A stretch of DNA of 64,000 nucleotides from NCBI RefSeq assembly GCF_009914755.1, contig NC_060942.1; one strand, written 5' to 3'. Positions 28,361-41,170 of the stretch are shown here, piece by piece. The position numbers and the translations under genes are program-made. Source of the stretch: the human T2T-CHM13v2.0 reference genome, Homo sapiens. The notes under the pieces were generated by a model. The model was given only the letters and a program-made list of their open reading frames with translations, had not been told where the DNA came from and did not search any database. Position 1 is the stretch's first letter; each line of letters starts with the position of its first letter.

Positions 28361-30526
28361 CCACTATTTCTTCATATTAAAATTGAAACCCCTTCTCAGT
28401 TTGACTTTTTGTTTAGACCCATCATCACCTATGTCTGAACATGGACAACGTTCCATCTCTCCCCTTTGATTTACACTTCTTGCAGGCCCTGCCTCACCTG
28501 TCAATCACCTGCTTTTTCCAAGCCATGGTCTCCAAAATCACCTGAAAGTCCTCCAATGCTGTGAGGATTCATCAGTCATGCAAAACACCCTACGGGTAAA
28601 TAGTCACAAACACCTTCATTAAAAATAACCTGTGCATGCTTTACACATCCGATGATGATGTGTAATTTTGAGTGTGAAAATTAAGGTGAAGCATATCTCA
28701 TAGTGCTTCCACAAACAAAAAAAAGTGCTTAGAGAAAAAAGGCCTAAAAGTTAGTTCTTCCTGCCCTGGGATAAATGAATGTGTATAAACAGGAAAACCA
28801 TAAGGAGTCCATACACTGATGTTCCTAGGAAGAGGGGAAGCGACACTTGTTCAGCAGGAAGAAATCACACTGGACTGCTGTTTATTCCTGTTCCTTCATG
28901 TGAACTGGCCCAGAATCCCTCCATTGTCCAAGGGAACAGATGGTAGGGAAGGGGAGTATTTACATGAAATTCCTGTGTTAAATTAAATCTGAAATTCGCA
29001 TCCTAATTTCACAACTCTTTCCCAGAATGTGGACAAATACGTTGAGGCATTGATGGTTCAAAAGACTGAGTGGCTTCTGTAAAAGGTAGACTCAATATTG
29101 TGCAAATACAGATATATATATAAATATATATGAAATGGAAATTAATGTACTATTTGAAGGTAATCAGCCTTTCCACAATTATTTCATGGTCATGGATTTT
29201 GTGTTGATGCTGGTTAATTAGCCAAATATGAATTATATATGTATATTTTAAGTAAGTGTGCATGCATATTAAAGGATTTTTCCCTTTATTTCATTATGAA
29301 GCAACTCATTTGATGTGGCTCTGCATAAAGCTCTAATACACATCAAAAAGCAATCAACAAACTCTTCGAGTACATCAAGCAGGATAATTTAGATGGTTTT
29401 TAATCATGATTATGAAAATATAATTAGGTGGTTTCATGTTTGTTGTTCAGTACATGTAAGGAAAAGTGATTCTCCAAATAGAAACTGTGGGCAATATTAC
29501 ACAGAAACCACAAGAGAACTGTGCACATGAGACACAAGTGTGAGCACATGCTCACTCACACGTGCATGTACACACACACACACAAGAGGGTCCCTTTCTT
29601 TAACACATCAGCAGCTCTCATATTTAAAAAGAATATTATTTCTTTCATAGTGTCAAAAGAAATCTTATTTAATAAACTGATCATCTAGAAGTAGGTTTGA
29701 AAAATGCCTCCCTTTAATGTCATCATAAACTTTAGCCGTTGCCTGCAATTTAAAACAAATCCTCCCTGCCATAGCCCCTACAGAAAGAGTGGGGAGGCTC
29801 ATCAGGGCTGAAGCAGCTCATGTGTCATTAGTGACCACTGGGAGTCGGCACAGTCGTGGATCTGCACAGCTAAATGATTATGCACTCGTGGCTTTTAGTA
29901 ATCCATTTGAAATAAACCTCATATTTATCTATCTCCAATCACCCAGTTTAGAAGTCAAAGGATCTGTAAGTTCTCACACAGAAGGATGAGTCACACACAA
30001 GCAAACTGCTGTCTCATGCCCACCTATGCAGGCATCCCCTACCACGGCCAGAAGAGATGACATGAGGGACTTAAGGGACTCCATTCCCCCTGTCCCCCAT
30101 GGTCTCTCTTGCTCCAGGGTTCCCTGGTGGGCTCTCCCAAGCCACATTTTATTTTTTTCCCTGTGCAGACAGAGTTGATTACTGGCCCTCTTAGAAAAAT
30201 CCATCCTTCCTAGTCCATCTCAGAAATCATGTATAGGAGCCTGGGGTTGTGCTTGGAAGTAATTTGGTCACCAGCAAGCTGGCCCCTTTTATTGAGAAAT
30301 TCAAAGAGTTGCAGCGCCATGACTTTAACGAAGCCACAATTAGAGCGGCTTTCTTCCAGCACTGTGTGTAATCTGTTTTACCACAGAAATACAAAGTTGC
30401 TGTCTATGCACACAATTTTAGCATTTCTGGTTTTTATGCCATCTTACTTACAAGAAACTCCCAGCTGTTATAATTTGTCTCATCCATCGCTCTCTTGTAG
30501 AGCCAGCCTTTGTTCCTTTTTTTCAG

Positions 30527-30671
30527 TGCCAGGGACTTGCTGGGTTTCACCTGATGTGATTTGTCCAGGCATTAATAATGCATCTTCAAGATGCAAGATG
30601 CATGAATTCCTTTAGTAACGGATCTGCTGGCAGAGGGCTGTATGGTATTGTACAGTTTTGCTGCAAAAAAG
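30527..30671 (+). other. Candidate plus-strand non-coding exon (unverified)
   Basis: tttgttcctttttttcag|tgcc ... aaaag|gtaagg; stops in all three frames. Confidence 0.3.
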
Positions 30672-31748
30672 GTAAGGCAAGGGACAAAAGGAAGGTCATC
30701 AGCCTTGGGAGTGAGGGTACCAGTTGTTTCGGAAGGTCATTGCAACCAGCTCATAGTAAAGGCAAGGGCATGCTGAGGATAATAAACATTCGACCAACAA
30801 TTCCTTTTTTTAAAAAAAAGTTATTGCCAAATCTGCAACTCATAACTCGTCCCTATAAATGAAAGTGAGTTGCACATTCAGATGACTATTCAGGAAGTCC
30901 AGGATGCTGTCTGTCTTCATGTCTTACTTGGTCTATCAAAGGATATTTCCTACTTACAGATCTTCATTCTCCCTTTGGATTTTGGAGCACACTCCAGCTA
31001 CCTTCTCAGTGGCCTTGATGTGATTGTTGTTAGTGCTACTCGTATGCATTTTTTATCATCTTGCATTTGTAAAGAGCTTGTATTTTCAAGTGCTTTATAA
31101 TCATTAATAAGTTATTTCTCACAATTATCCCAAAAAGTAGGGCAGAGTTCTTTTCTCGATGTCACAGTTAAGGAAAAAGAAGTGCAGATAGGTCACAATG
31201 CCAAAAGTTCACAGGGAGTATACATTCCAAAGTTGGAATAAGGTCACATTTAGAGGGTCACCCTACCTCCAACACCAAACAGCTACCTCTAGAGTGGGAA
31301 TGGGAACAACAGAAGGCAGAATGTGGAACTCAATTAGAAATAACCAGGTTGCTTAGTGGACACATTCATAAACCCTTCAGAAAATAATCCTGCTTCAGAT
31401 GACCAGGTTTTGAACTCAAGATTAGCAGTGCTACCTGGTTCCAACATCATAGGCTTTCTTAAGAAACCATGAATTGCCTGTGTAATGTTGAAATCAAAAA
31501 GTTCAGCCATGGACTGAAACGGTAGCTTGTGCAGATGATCATTTAACTTTCAGTTTCTATAAGGACTCCTGACAAGATTTGTCAATATTCAACCGAACCA
31601 CACTTTCTGTACAGTCATTAGAGTAGGTTCACCTGCCTCCTCCTCTCATTCTGCCAACCTCCCACCCCCCAAAAAAAAAAATTTCATTTAATCAATAACA
31701 TTTGCTTTCAGGGCAGCTCTCCTTTACTGCTGTTCCATCTCTGTCTGG

Positions 31749-31948
31749 GTTACCATAGCAACTATTCTCAGAGCAGTGTGATACCCAGTTTATACATTTC
31801 AGCCCTGTCACGTGACTGACTACCTGCTTCTACTTTAATCATTGCTGGAGGGAACACTCAAAAAGTGGCTGCTTCCTGCTTCCTGTTGCAGTCCACCAAA
31901 CTGCCCTCATGTTTTACATTTCCTCCCTCAACCTAGAAAACACGTGTT
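31749..31948. promoter_or_regulatory. Compact cis-regulatory module: RFX X-box, USF/TFE E-box, tandem ETS cores, second CACGTG
   Basis: GTTACCATAGCAAC 31749-31762; GTCACGTGAC 31807-31816; CTTCCTG twice 31872-31885; AACACGTGTT 31939-31948; all in unique DNA. Confidence 0.6.
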
Positions 31949-33236
31949 AATTGTGCTGACTTCCAAAGCAGAGAAGAGGGAAGGCTACTGGGGTAGGTGA
32001 GAGTACCCAGATTGCTAGAATTAGCAGAGCCTTCCAGGCCCTACAGCCAAATTCTCCTTTTTCCCTGTAGAGATACTTTTGTATTTAGAAGGCCCCCTTT
32101 CTAAGATCTTAATTGTAGAGGAAAAGATGTGTCTGACCTCATCCTAGCCTGAGATCCATCTTCCAGCAGCCCCACGACCTTCGAACACTCGTCTCCATTC
32201 ATGTGGCCATTTCGTGGGCCCCCTGCAAGGCAAGGCCAGGAACTAGGGACCTCAGGAGCCTCCCTTGTTGCAACTTTGAGAGGTCTGTTTAAATCACATT
32301 ATAAAGCTAATGAAACACAGCTAATGAAGCACAGATGTCCCATCAGATTTGGAGCTCTGAGTCCCCGTAAAAGCCCAGTAAAAATAAATGAAAGGAGCCT
32401 TGTATCCATGGAAATGGGCAGCTCACATGCTAATCCTTCCCCTCACCCATTTATGAGTTCATTACCATTTCTAATTCCAGGGCTTCTGAAAGCATTTGTG
32501 GCTTCTGGGTCAGTCATTTCCTGGAACTCATGGCAGGCTGGGCTCGAACATCCTTGGCCTGGCCCCTTTATTCAGAGATAGAGGAAAGTAAAGAGGTGTA
32601 TATTGCTTATCAGTTGCACAAGCTCCTGGTTACCTTTTTTCCTTCTGAGATGCTGGGAAGAATCTAGAGTCCTGTGTCCTCCTGGGACCTAGCAGAAGGA
32701 TTTCCATGACCAGGCTCCTATGTCTGTCGGCAATAGCCGTGGTGAACCAGATCGGGAGTGGTCTGATACCAAACAGCTTTTCTGTCAGAGTCAGTTACAC
32801 CCCACATTCATCATCTTTCAACGAACACAATATTCCTTCATTAAATGGAGTTGATTTCAGCTACCATTATACAGTTACTATTATATGACAAGGTAATGAA
32901 GAAAAGTAACAAAAGGGGGTAATTTTATTGGGGAATAGGGTTAGACTGAATCAAGGCACTCCCTGGAATGACGGGTGTGGGCAGGACGCTTAGGGAGCTC
33001 TAAGAAGCACCATGAGGACATCAGCTACCCAGGGGTGGAGGGTCCAAGGAGAGGGAATATGCTACAAAAAGAAGAAGAAAAGGAGTATAGAACATCTTCA
33101 GAAACAAGACCTGCCTCTCTCACAAATTTGGCTCAATGAGATAATTGAGCGGCTTCTTGGGATATAGGACAAGGGATGATGGGGGCCACTGCCCATCAGA
33201 AACCTTGCTTCCTAAAATTTTTTGGCTACTGGGTAA

Positions 33237-33581
<345 letters not shown>

Positions 33582-33769
33582 TTTCTTGGGTATTTGTTTA
33601 TAGAAATAGGTATTTCATGTTGGAGCCAAAGTGGTTCTCTCAGGGAGGCCCTTGGGGGATAAATCTCCACATGTTTTATTTTTGAAATATAATTTTAGAA
33701 TTTTAAATTCTCAAAGATGTATTCTGAAGGAAGAGAACATGTTCTCAATTTAAAAGTAAATATCTGAGT

Positions 33770-33960
33770 GTCAGTAATACCTCGCATTAATGTTCTCCCT
33801 TTAAGAGACTAATTGTACTTCTCTATCACTTAATCAGCCCCAGAAACTGAGGATAAGAGATGTTAGAGATGAGGAAACTGAGGCACAAGGAATAGAGAGA
33901 CTTTCCTGGAGCCAGGCATTATCACAAGCACTAGAACTGAGGTTCCTTGTGATACATTTC
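33770..33960 (-). mobile_element. MIR SINE
   Basis: agatgaggaaactgaggcaca core. Confidence 0.7.
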
Positions 33961-34758
33961 AGACCCCAAGGAAGGAAGCTATAAGCCCTAGACATTCTTC
34001 CAAAACAATCAATTTTGTTCATCGTAATAGCTGAAAAATGAATGCTCTGTAAAAATGGTCCAAGAAATTAAAGCTTAGGCTTGTGATTATTACAGTGATT
34101 TGTCAGCGGTAGTGTATGATTTTTGGAAGAGCACCAGCTGTATTAACAAGAGAATAAGAGTGCAGTTCATTTTTCATTTACCTAATATAGATATCCTTGC
34201 TTCACCAAAGAAAGAGCTAAATAGAAGTGATAAAACACCAGCAATGGAGCAACATAAGTGACTTCACGGAAAATGATTTAATCCTTTCACCACCTGCTAA
34301 CACGAGAGATTTTTACCACTGACTTATGTGAACAACTCTCTGAACTGTCAGAAATAGAAACAACCCTAACCAAAAAAAAAAATAAAACTGGAAAAGTTAT
34401 GTGGGCAGCTAAGACCATTTAGCTACTCTCTCTACCATCTGACTCAGGGCCAGTGATGGGGGAAATGTATCACAAAAATTAAACACAGTGACCTATATGT
34501 TGACAGGAAAGGTGTGGAAAGAGCTGACGGCTTATAATGAGAAAATGTGGGATGTGTTTCATGGATCAACAACCTGTTGCTCAGAACTTTCTTCTCCCAG
34601 TTAAGACAAAGCAGCTAGACTTCAGCAGGCAACCTAATCTCCCAGCCCAAGCCGGCTTCCCAGCTGTCCTGGAGTTCTTTGGCTCACACTGTTTTTCCTT
34701 TCTAATCACTGTCCTCTTTTCTTCCTTAACCTTTTATTTAACACATCCTTTGTCACTC

Positions 34759-35074
34759 TTTTTTTTTTTTTTTTAAGAGACGGGGTCTGGCTATGTTGTC
34801 CAGGCTGGAGTTCAGTGGCTATTCACAGGCATGATCCCTCTACTGATCAGCATGGGAGTTTTGACCTGTTTCGTTCCCAGCCTGGGCTAGCTCACCTCTT
34901 CTTAAGCAACCTGGTGGTCCCTTGCTCCTGGGAGGTCACCATATCAATGCCAGATTCAGTGCAGACACCCGGCATAGCGCACTACAGCCCAGAACTCTGA
35001 GCTCAAGTGATCCTCCAATCTCAGCCTCCCCTCCTGAGTAGCTGGGACTGCAGGCCGGTGCCACCACACCCAGC
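34759..35074 (-). pseudogene. 7SL (SRP RNA, RN7SL-derived) processed pseudogene
   Basis: Alu-domain ends enclose the S domain that Alu lacks (ggctattcacaggc...actgatcagcatgggagttttgacctg...caacctggtggtccc...gggaggtcaccatat); poly-T; TSD ctttgtcactctt / ctctgtcaccctt. Confidence 0.95.
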
Positions 35075-35889
35075 CTCTGTCACCCTTAGTAACACGTTTC
35101 AGACAGAGTGGATTAGCCCAAATTCATAGAACATCCTACCTATTTAAGATGTTTAAGATAGAAGAATGTTCACTCAACAATTTCAAAAATGAAATCAAGA
35201 CCAAAGTATTCGAATTATTTTAAAGCAAATTTAAGAAACTGCTGACATCATAAATTGAGAGACTTCCTATACTTGACAGAATGGATGCTTTGAAGTGAAA
35301 GAGTTGACATTTTAAGTTTCAGGCCTAAGAGTTAACTTTCGCTAATGCTGATGGCCCCAGCCAGAGGGTAGGCGTGTGATTTGGAGACATCAGGAGAGCA
35401 GTAGAAACCCATGCCTTGCACGGCTACCTTTTCCTCATTAATGCTCTTTCCAAAGTTAACAAGAGTTGAGAAGACTTAACTTCTCAGCGATACAAATTAA
35501 GCTAATATTTTGCACTTTGGAACAAAGTCCTCAGGAATATTTCTCAAGCTAATAGCTCTGCATCGTAACATAAACCGGAAGTAACTCTTTTCTATAGTAA
35601 AAGTGTGTTTCAAAGCCCTTGGCATCTCTTGTCTCAAGTGGGTCTTCATGATCCTACAGGGGAAGGAAAGTATTTTACAGATAAGCTACCAGAGTTGAAC
35701 GGCATCTGATGGCCCCACAAAAAGCTGGGGCAGATTTGCTCCAGAATCCAGCTCTGCCAGTGCCTGATCTCTGCTCTATGTGTGGCCACATCTTTCTAAG
35801 ATCTCATACTCAAATAATACATCAGTTTGATCCGCTGACCCAGTGTCTCTACTTCTTTTGGAGAAGTATGACTAATATATAATTGAGTG

Positions 35890-35996
35890 GGCCGGGTGTG
35901 GTGGCTCACGCCTGTAATCCCAGCACTTTGGGAGACCGAGATGGGCAGATCACCTGAGGTCAGGAGTTTGAGACCAGCCTGGCCAACATGGTGAAA
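35890..35996 (+). mobile_element. 3'-truncated AluS left arm without A tail
   Basis: Alu consensus from its 5' end to ...caacatggtgaaa, then (TA)n; atatataattgagt on both sides. Confidence 0.92.
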
Positions 35997-37637
35997 TATA
36001 TATATATATATATAATTGAGTAACTAAAATAGCAGATTCCTCAAAACTACATCTTGAAAACGTAGTGCTTATTCTTGGATTAGAAATAAAGCTATCTCTT
36101 GCTTTCTTCAAAAGTTGTAAGTAAATTTTATAACCAAAGAATTTTAATGATTAACTGAATAATTTAATCCAAGTCACTATAACCAAATGAATGCTGGACC
36201 AGGGGCTCTGAGTTTTACTCCTGATTTTACTACTGTGAGATTTCTAGGTATCAATTCTCTTCTTTGTAAAATAAGGGGATTAACCCAATTTATTCATAAA
36301 GTACCTTCCTATAAGTGTAGATTTTATGAATCTAAAATCTGTCTTTGGGGATATTAGGCTTTCTTCCTAAATGCTGTATCCATATTAATCCTGCTTCATT
36401 TTCCCCACTAGGAAAGAGCAAGCAGCACTTTCCTCTCTGTTCCCTCCCAAGAGCTCTCTGGGGAATAAGGAGGAGTCTCCTGGGTTTAAGCAGAGACTAG
36501 CAGCCTGTGCTGCTCACATATCTATTCTGGAGCCCCAGAGGCCCTAAAGGGAAACCAGCCAAAGAAGGAGAAAAGGGGAACTGGTGCCTAAAAATGCATG
36601 GACAATCTCCCTGCTGGCTCCCCTCCCTGGGAGCATCCCTGTGCCCTTCCTCAAGGAGTCCAGAAAGGCTTCTCCGTTAGCAGCCAGGTGACCTCTGGCC
36701 TCTTTGCAAGGACTCTGCTCTTCAGCTGGTGTGATGCCTGCACACAAAGGACTGTAAGCAAAAAGAGAATCTGCTCAGCTCTGCACCAAGAAGGGTGACT
36801 TTCCAGACACAGAGAGCCCAGAAATAAATAATGCCCTGCCACCTACAATTTCACAGGAATAATGAGGAAAATAATGAGTTAAGCATCATTACTTGGGCTC
36901 CTGTGCTTTGAAAAATAGTCTAGTGGTGATGATGATGATATACTCCATGACATTATAGATTGATATCAACCAATATTCACATGACTAATCAAGTAAGCAT
37001 CTTATTAAGCAAAATTACTAAAATATATTTGGCAGAACTTTTTCCTCCATCTTCATGTTTGCCATGATAGCCCACTCTTACTACTATCTTGAGACTAAGA
37101 AAAATACATTTAAATATGCTATCTTGCTCATTTCTTTCACATACTAATCTAGCCAACAAATGTATTGATCATCCTCTTCATGCCAGGCACTGTGATAAGA
37201 ATGACAGAAGGAAAGACAAAAACACACAGTGCCCGCCTTCGGAGACCGCCCTGTCTAAGAGGGCAACTGACATTAACAGCAACATAAGTGCTATGATAAA
37301 GATATTGCAAAATAGAGTGCCAGCTCTGGAGAAGGGAACTTTAATAGAGATTTATTTGAGAAAGAGAGACAAAGAACAAACGCCATGCCATTTTAAAATA
37401 AACTATTTTCTCAGTAAATAGTTTAAAGGAAAGAAGAATCAGTGATTACCAGGGAAAGACCCTTAAAATAATGTAGACATGGAAATCTTCAGGTGTCATA
37501 GTTTGCACCTTCAGAGACAGGCTGGTGCACATAAGATATGCTATGATACAGTATTGTGCTAGAGAGGGACACCAGAATTATGGTTATTCTGAATTTATTT
37601 ATACAGGAAAATTTTTATCTTTCTACAAGTAACTTAC

Positions 37638-37736
37638 CCGCTTGAGGAAAGGTGCAGATTAGCAGAACATTCTAAAGCCTCCTATAATGTGTTCTGATGT
37701 GGACTGGCGGAGGGTGCGGTGCCTGCCAAATAGACT
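37638..37736 (-). other. Candidate 99-nt non-coding exon (unverified)
   Basis: Minus strand strong acceptor attttccttcctag|agtc and consensus donor cgg|gtaagt; stops in all three frames. Confidence 0.45.
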
Positions 37737-38329
37737 CTAGGAAGGAAAATGTCCTGACGACCCCAAGGCTGTTTCTATAGGTCACACTTGCACTCCAGTC
37801 TTAAGCACACAGCTGACAGTGCCGCAGCCACACATTTGTGCCACATCAACGTCAAGTGGTGTCTGAGCAGGGCACTGTCATTGCTTGGACTGGCACAGGG
37901 TTTCCAACACTGTGTTGGTACAGCTTTGCTGCTAAGGCTTTACTCATTATTCCACCCCAGTCCTGATGCCCGCCAGAACCATGCATACCTAGTACCCATC
38001 GTCTCCTTTCCCTTCCTCCTGCCAAACATGTCCTTTCTTCCACCCAAAGGGTAAAAAGCAGTCCGGCCACCGTTTCTACCACTGAAGTCTAGGAACATGG
38101 ACCCTCCTGTTTTTGTTTTGTTTTGCTTCAATAACCTCCCTCTCTTATCTCTTCTCTCCTTTTTCATCCTGTTTTTCTTATACTTTATCCCTCCATTCTT
38201 CCTTCTTACATCACTGTACAAAACAGCATATTCTTTACAAACCTATTTTCAGTTTTTTTATATCAAGACATCATCTACTTCCTGGCGTATATTCCCTCTA
38301 ATGAGTAAAGAAAGGTATCTCTTTGAACA

Positions 38330-40250
38330 AGCCATAGAAAATTTAAAAATCTACTTATACATAAGCAAAATGAGTTAAGTAAGGAGAAAAATAAAACGTC
38401 TTCCATTTAAGTCAAGGAAAGGATAAGAAATCATGTCATCAAGTATGACGATCATAACAGTAGTCCTCACCGATACAAGAAGCCACAGAAAATAAATGAG
38501 ATGGTAAATTGGAAGGAGACAAAACTGCAATTATTTGTATATGATGTTATTATCTACCCAGAAATCTGAAAGAATCAACTGGAAAACTGTTTTGATTAAT
38601 GTAAAAGATAAATAAGATCGCCAGATACAAGATCAATATACATAAACCACTAGCAGCTTCATTTATCAACAATGTCCCCTTAGAAAATGTAATGAACAAA
38701 GGCTTTTATCATGATAACAGAAAAATGCTTAAGTTTAGACCTAATCATAATATGCTAAAAGGCTCAATATTTTATATGTAAAAATTCTCCCCAATTAACC
38801 TGTATATTAAAAACAACCAGAATAAACTTAACACACTGATTGTAAAGTTTATATAAAAGAGAAAGGATTTGTAAATATCCAAGAAAATTTAGAGAAAAAA
38901 TAGCAAACCGAACTTGTGCTAGCAAGTATTAGATATGTTATGTAGTTATACAAATTAAAATGATGTGGTATTTGGGAAGGAGTATGCTCCAGCTCAAAAA
39001 AATAGAGAGGAATAAATACAAAATATCTCATATATATGTGAATTTAACACATACAGTCAATCAAGTATTTTAAATCAGTGGAGAAATATATGCAATAAAT
39101 GACTCTGGGGAAATTATGTCTTTACTTTGGAAGAAAACTTGATTCCTACATCACTCCATATACAAAAATAAATCTCAAGGCAATTCAAGAACTAAACACA
39201 AAAAATATAGAAATATAGTAGAGGAAAATATGGGAGAATTCTTTTATAATTTTGTGACTGCATATAGTCTGCACAAAGAAAAAGATGGACAGATTGGAAA
39301 TAATTTTAAAATTCTTTAAGATAAAATACATCACTACCAAAGCTAAAAGGCAAGCAACTTGAAGAATACATTTGCAATAAATGTGTTTCAGACAATAGAT
39401 GAGTTTTTATAATATACAAAGAGTTTTTATAAATCAATAATAAAGCAACCCAAGAGACAAAAAATGGACAAAGATATAGCTGATATTGATTGATAGGATC
39501 CTATTTGCCAGGCAGTATCTTAAGCACTTTTTATCTATTAACTCTATTAATTTGCATAGTAATTCTTTTGATCAGATACTATTATCATCTCCATTTACAG
39601 ACAAGAAAATTGAGACAAAGAGAAATTTAGGAACTTGTCCAGAGTTATCAGTTAGTAAATGCTATAGTCAGGATTCAGATTTTTAAATTCTGATGCCAGA
39701 GACCAATTCAATGAAAAAGAAAACAAATAGCTAACAAACTTAAGAAAAGCAGTTCAACATTAGGAACTATCAGAGAAATGCAAACACTAAAACACAATAA
39801 GATACTTTTACCTACCAGTCATTGTTTTTTTTTTAAGTGGATTTATAAGACTAACATTACCAAGAGTGTTGGGAAACGTTTTGTCATCAGTTATTGGGGG
39901 TGTCCCTTGGTATAGAATTTTTAGAGGGCAATTTAACAATATCCATCAAACTTAAAAAAAACTTATGCTTTGACTCAGAAACTTCATTTCTATCTCATAG
40001 AAATATTTGGACACGTGCCCAGAGATGTGCAAAGTGAAAAACTGAAAATAGCTTATATGTCCATCAATAAGGGGATGGTTAACAAAAATGATTATACATC
40101 CAATCATAAATTGTATGTAGTGTAGCAGTTAAAAAGAGTGAGTTATATCTATAGGAACTAAATGGAAAGACATCTAAGATACATCATTAAGTGTAAAAAG
40201 CAAGTCATAAGATATTATGTGTAATCTGATATCATATACAAACATGTCCA
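38330..40250 (+). mobile_element. Old L1M ORF2 and 3' UTR remnant
   Basis: A-rich L1 text (ccagatacaagatcaatatacataaa, cactccatatacaaaaataaatc, atgtccatcaataaggggatggttaa). Confidence 0.8.
39490..39705 (-). mobile_element. MIR SINE nested in L1M
   Basis: tattatcatctccatttacagacaagaaaattgagac core. Confidence 0.75.
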
Positions 40251-40254
40251 CATT

Positions 40255-41170
40255 AATATTCATTTATTCACTCAACAACAACAAAATTAGCACCTACTAC
40301 CTGCTAGGAACTGTTCTAGTCAGTAGAGATAGAGTAGTGGGCCAAGTAGACAAAGTCTCTCTTTCCTGGAGTTCACATTCTATTGGGCAGGCTGACAATA
40401 AACAAACAAGCAAACCAATAAAAGACCAAAATAATTTAAATGGTGTGTTAGTTTTGCATTATTGTCAGAACAAATTATTGCATACTTAGCAGCTTAAACA
40501 ACACAAATTTATCTCCCAATTCTGTAGGTCAAACGTTCAATCCGAGTTTTGCCCAGAAAGGGCTGCATTCCCTGCAGGCTCTAGGGAAAGATGTGTTTCC
40601 TTGCTCTTTCAAGTTGTTGCAGAATTTGGTTCCTTGTGGTTATAGGACTGTGGTCCCTGTTTCCTTGCTGGCTGTCAGCCAAGAACCATTCCCAGTTTCT
40701 AGAGGCCACCTGCATCCTTTGGCCTGGTGTCCCCCTGCCTCCATCTTCAAAGCCAGCAGTGGCAAATCAAGTCCTTGTCATGCTCTGAATCTCTTGCCCT
40801 TCTCTCTGACTCAGCCAGGAAAGGTTCACCACTTCTAAGGCCTTGTGTGATTAGATTGGACCCACCAGGATAATCCAGGATTATCTCCCTTCCTTTGGGT
40901 TCATGCTTTTACTTGTATCACATTTGGTCCCCTTTGTCACAGAAGAGAACATATTCATCCACAGGTTTCAGGGATTAGGGCGTGGACATCTTTGTAGAGA
41001 AGGGAGCTTTATTCTGCCTACTACTGATGGTAATAAATGCCAGGAGGAAAACCAAAATAGTGAAAGGCAAAAGGTGATAATGAGGGCAGCTCATTTACAT
41101 TGTGTCATCAGAGAGGCCCTCCCTGAGGAAGTAAAATGGGTGACCAGCAAGTGACCACCGGGACAGAGCA
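40255..41170 (-). mobile_element. L2 3' end split by an MLT1 LTR
   Basis: attcatttattcactcaaca...agcacctactacctgctaggaactgttctag; resumes after 41025 (tcagagaggccctccctgaggaagt). Confidence 0.7.
40444..41025 (-). mobile_element. MaLR LTR (MLT1D/E-like)
   Basis: tgtgttagtttt...gcttaaacaacacaaatttat...gattagattggacccaccaggataatccagga...ttattctgcctactac. Confidence 0.85.

Noticed and set aside
28641-28700. ATGATGA as a C/D snoRNA C box
   Set aside because: It sits inside a short hairpin, and I could not find a properly placed D box with a terminal stem.
35574-35582. Perfect ETS site ACCGGAAGT as a promoter
   Set aside because: Isolated 9-mer beside a MIR, with no CpG island or companion motifs.
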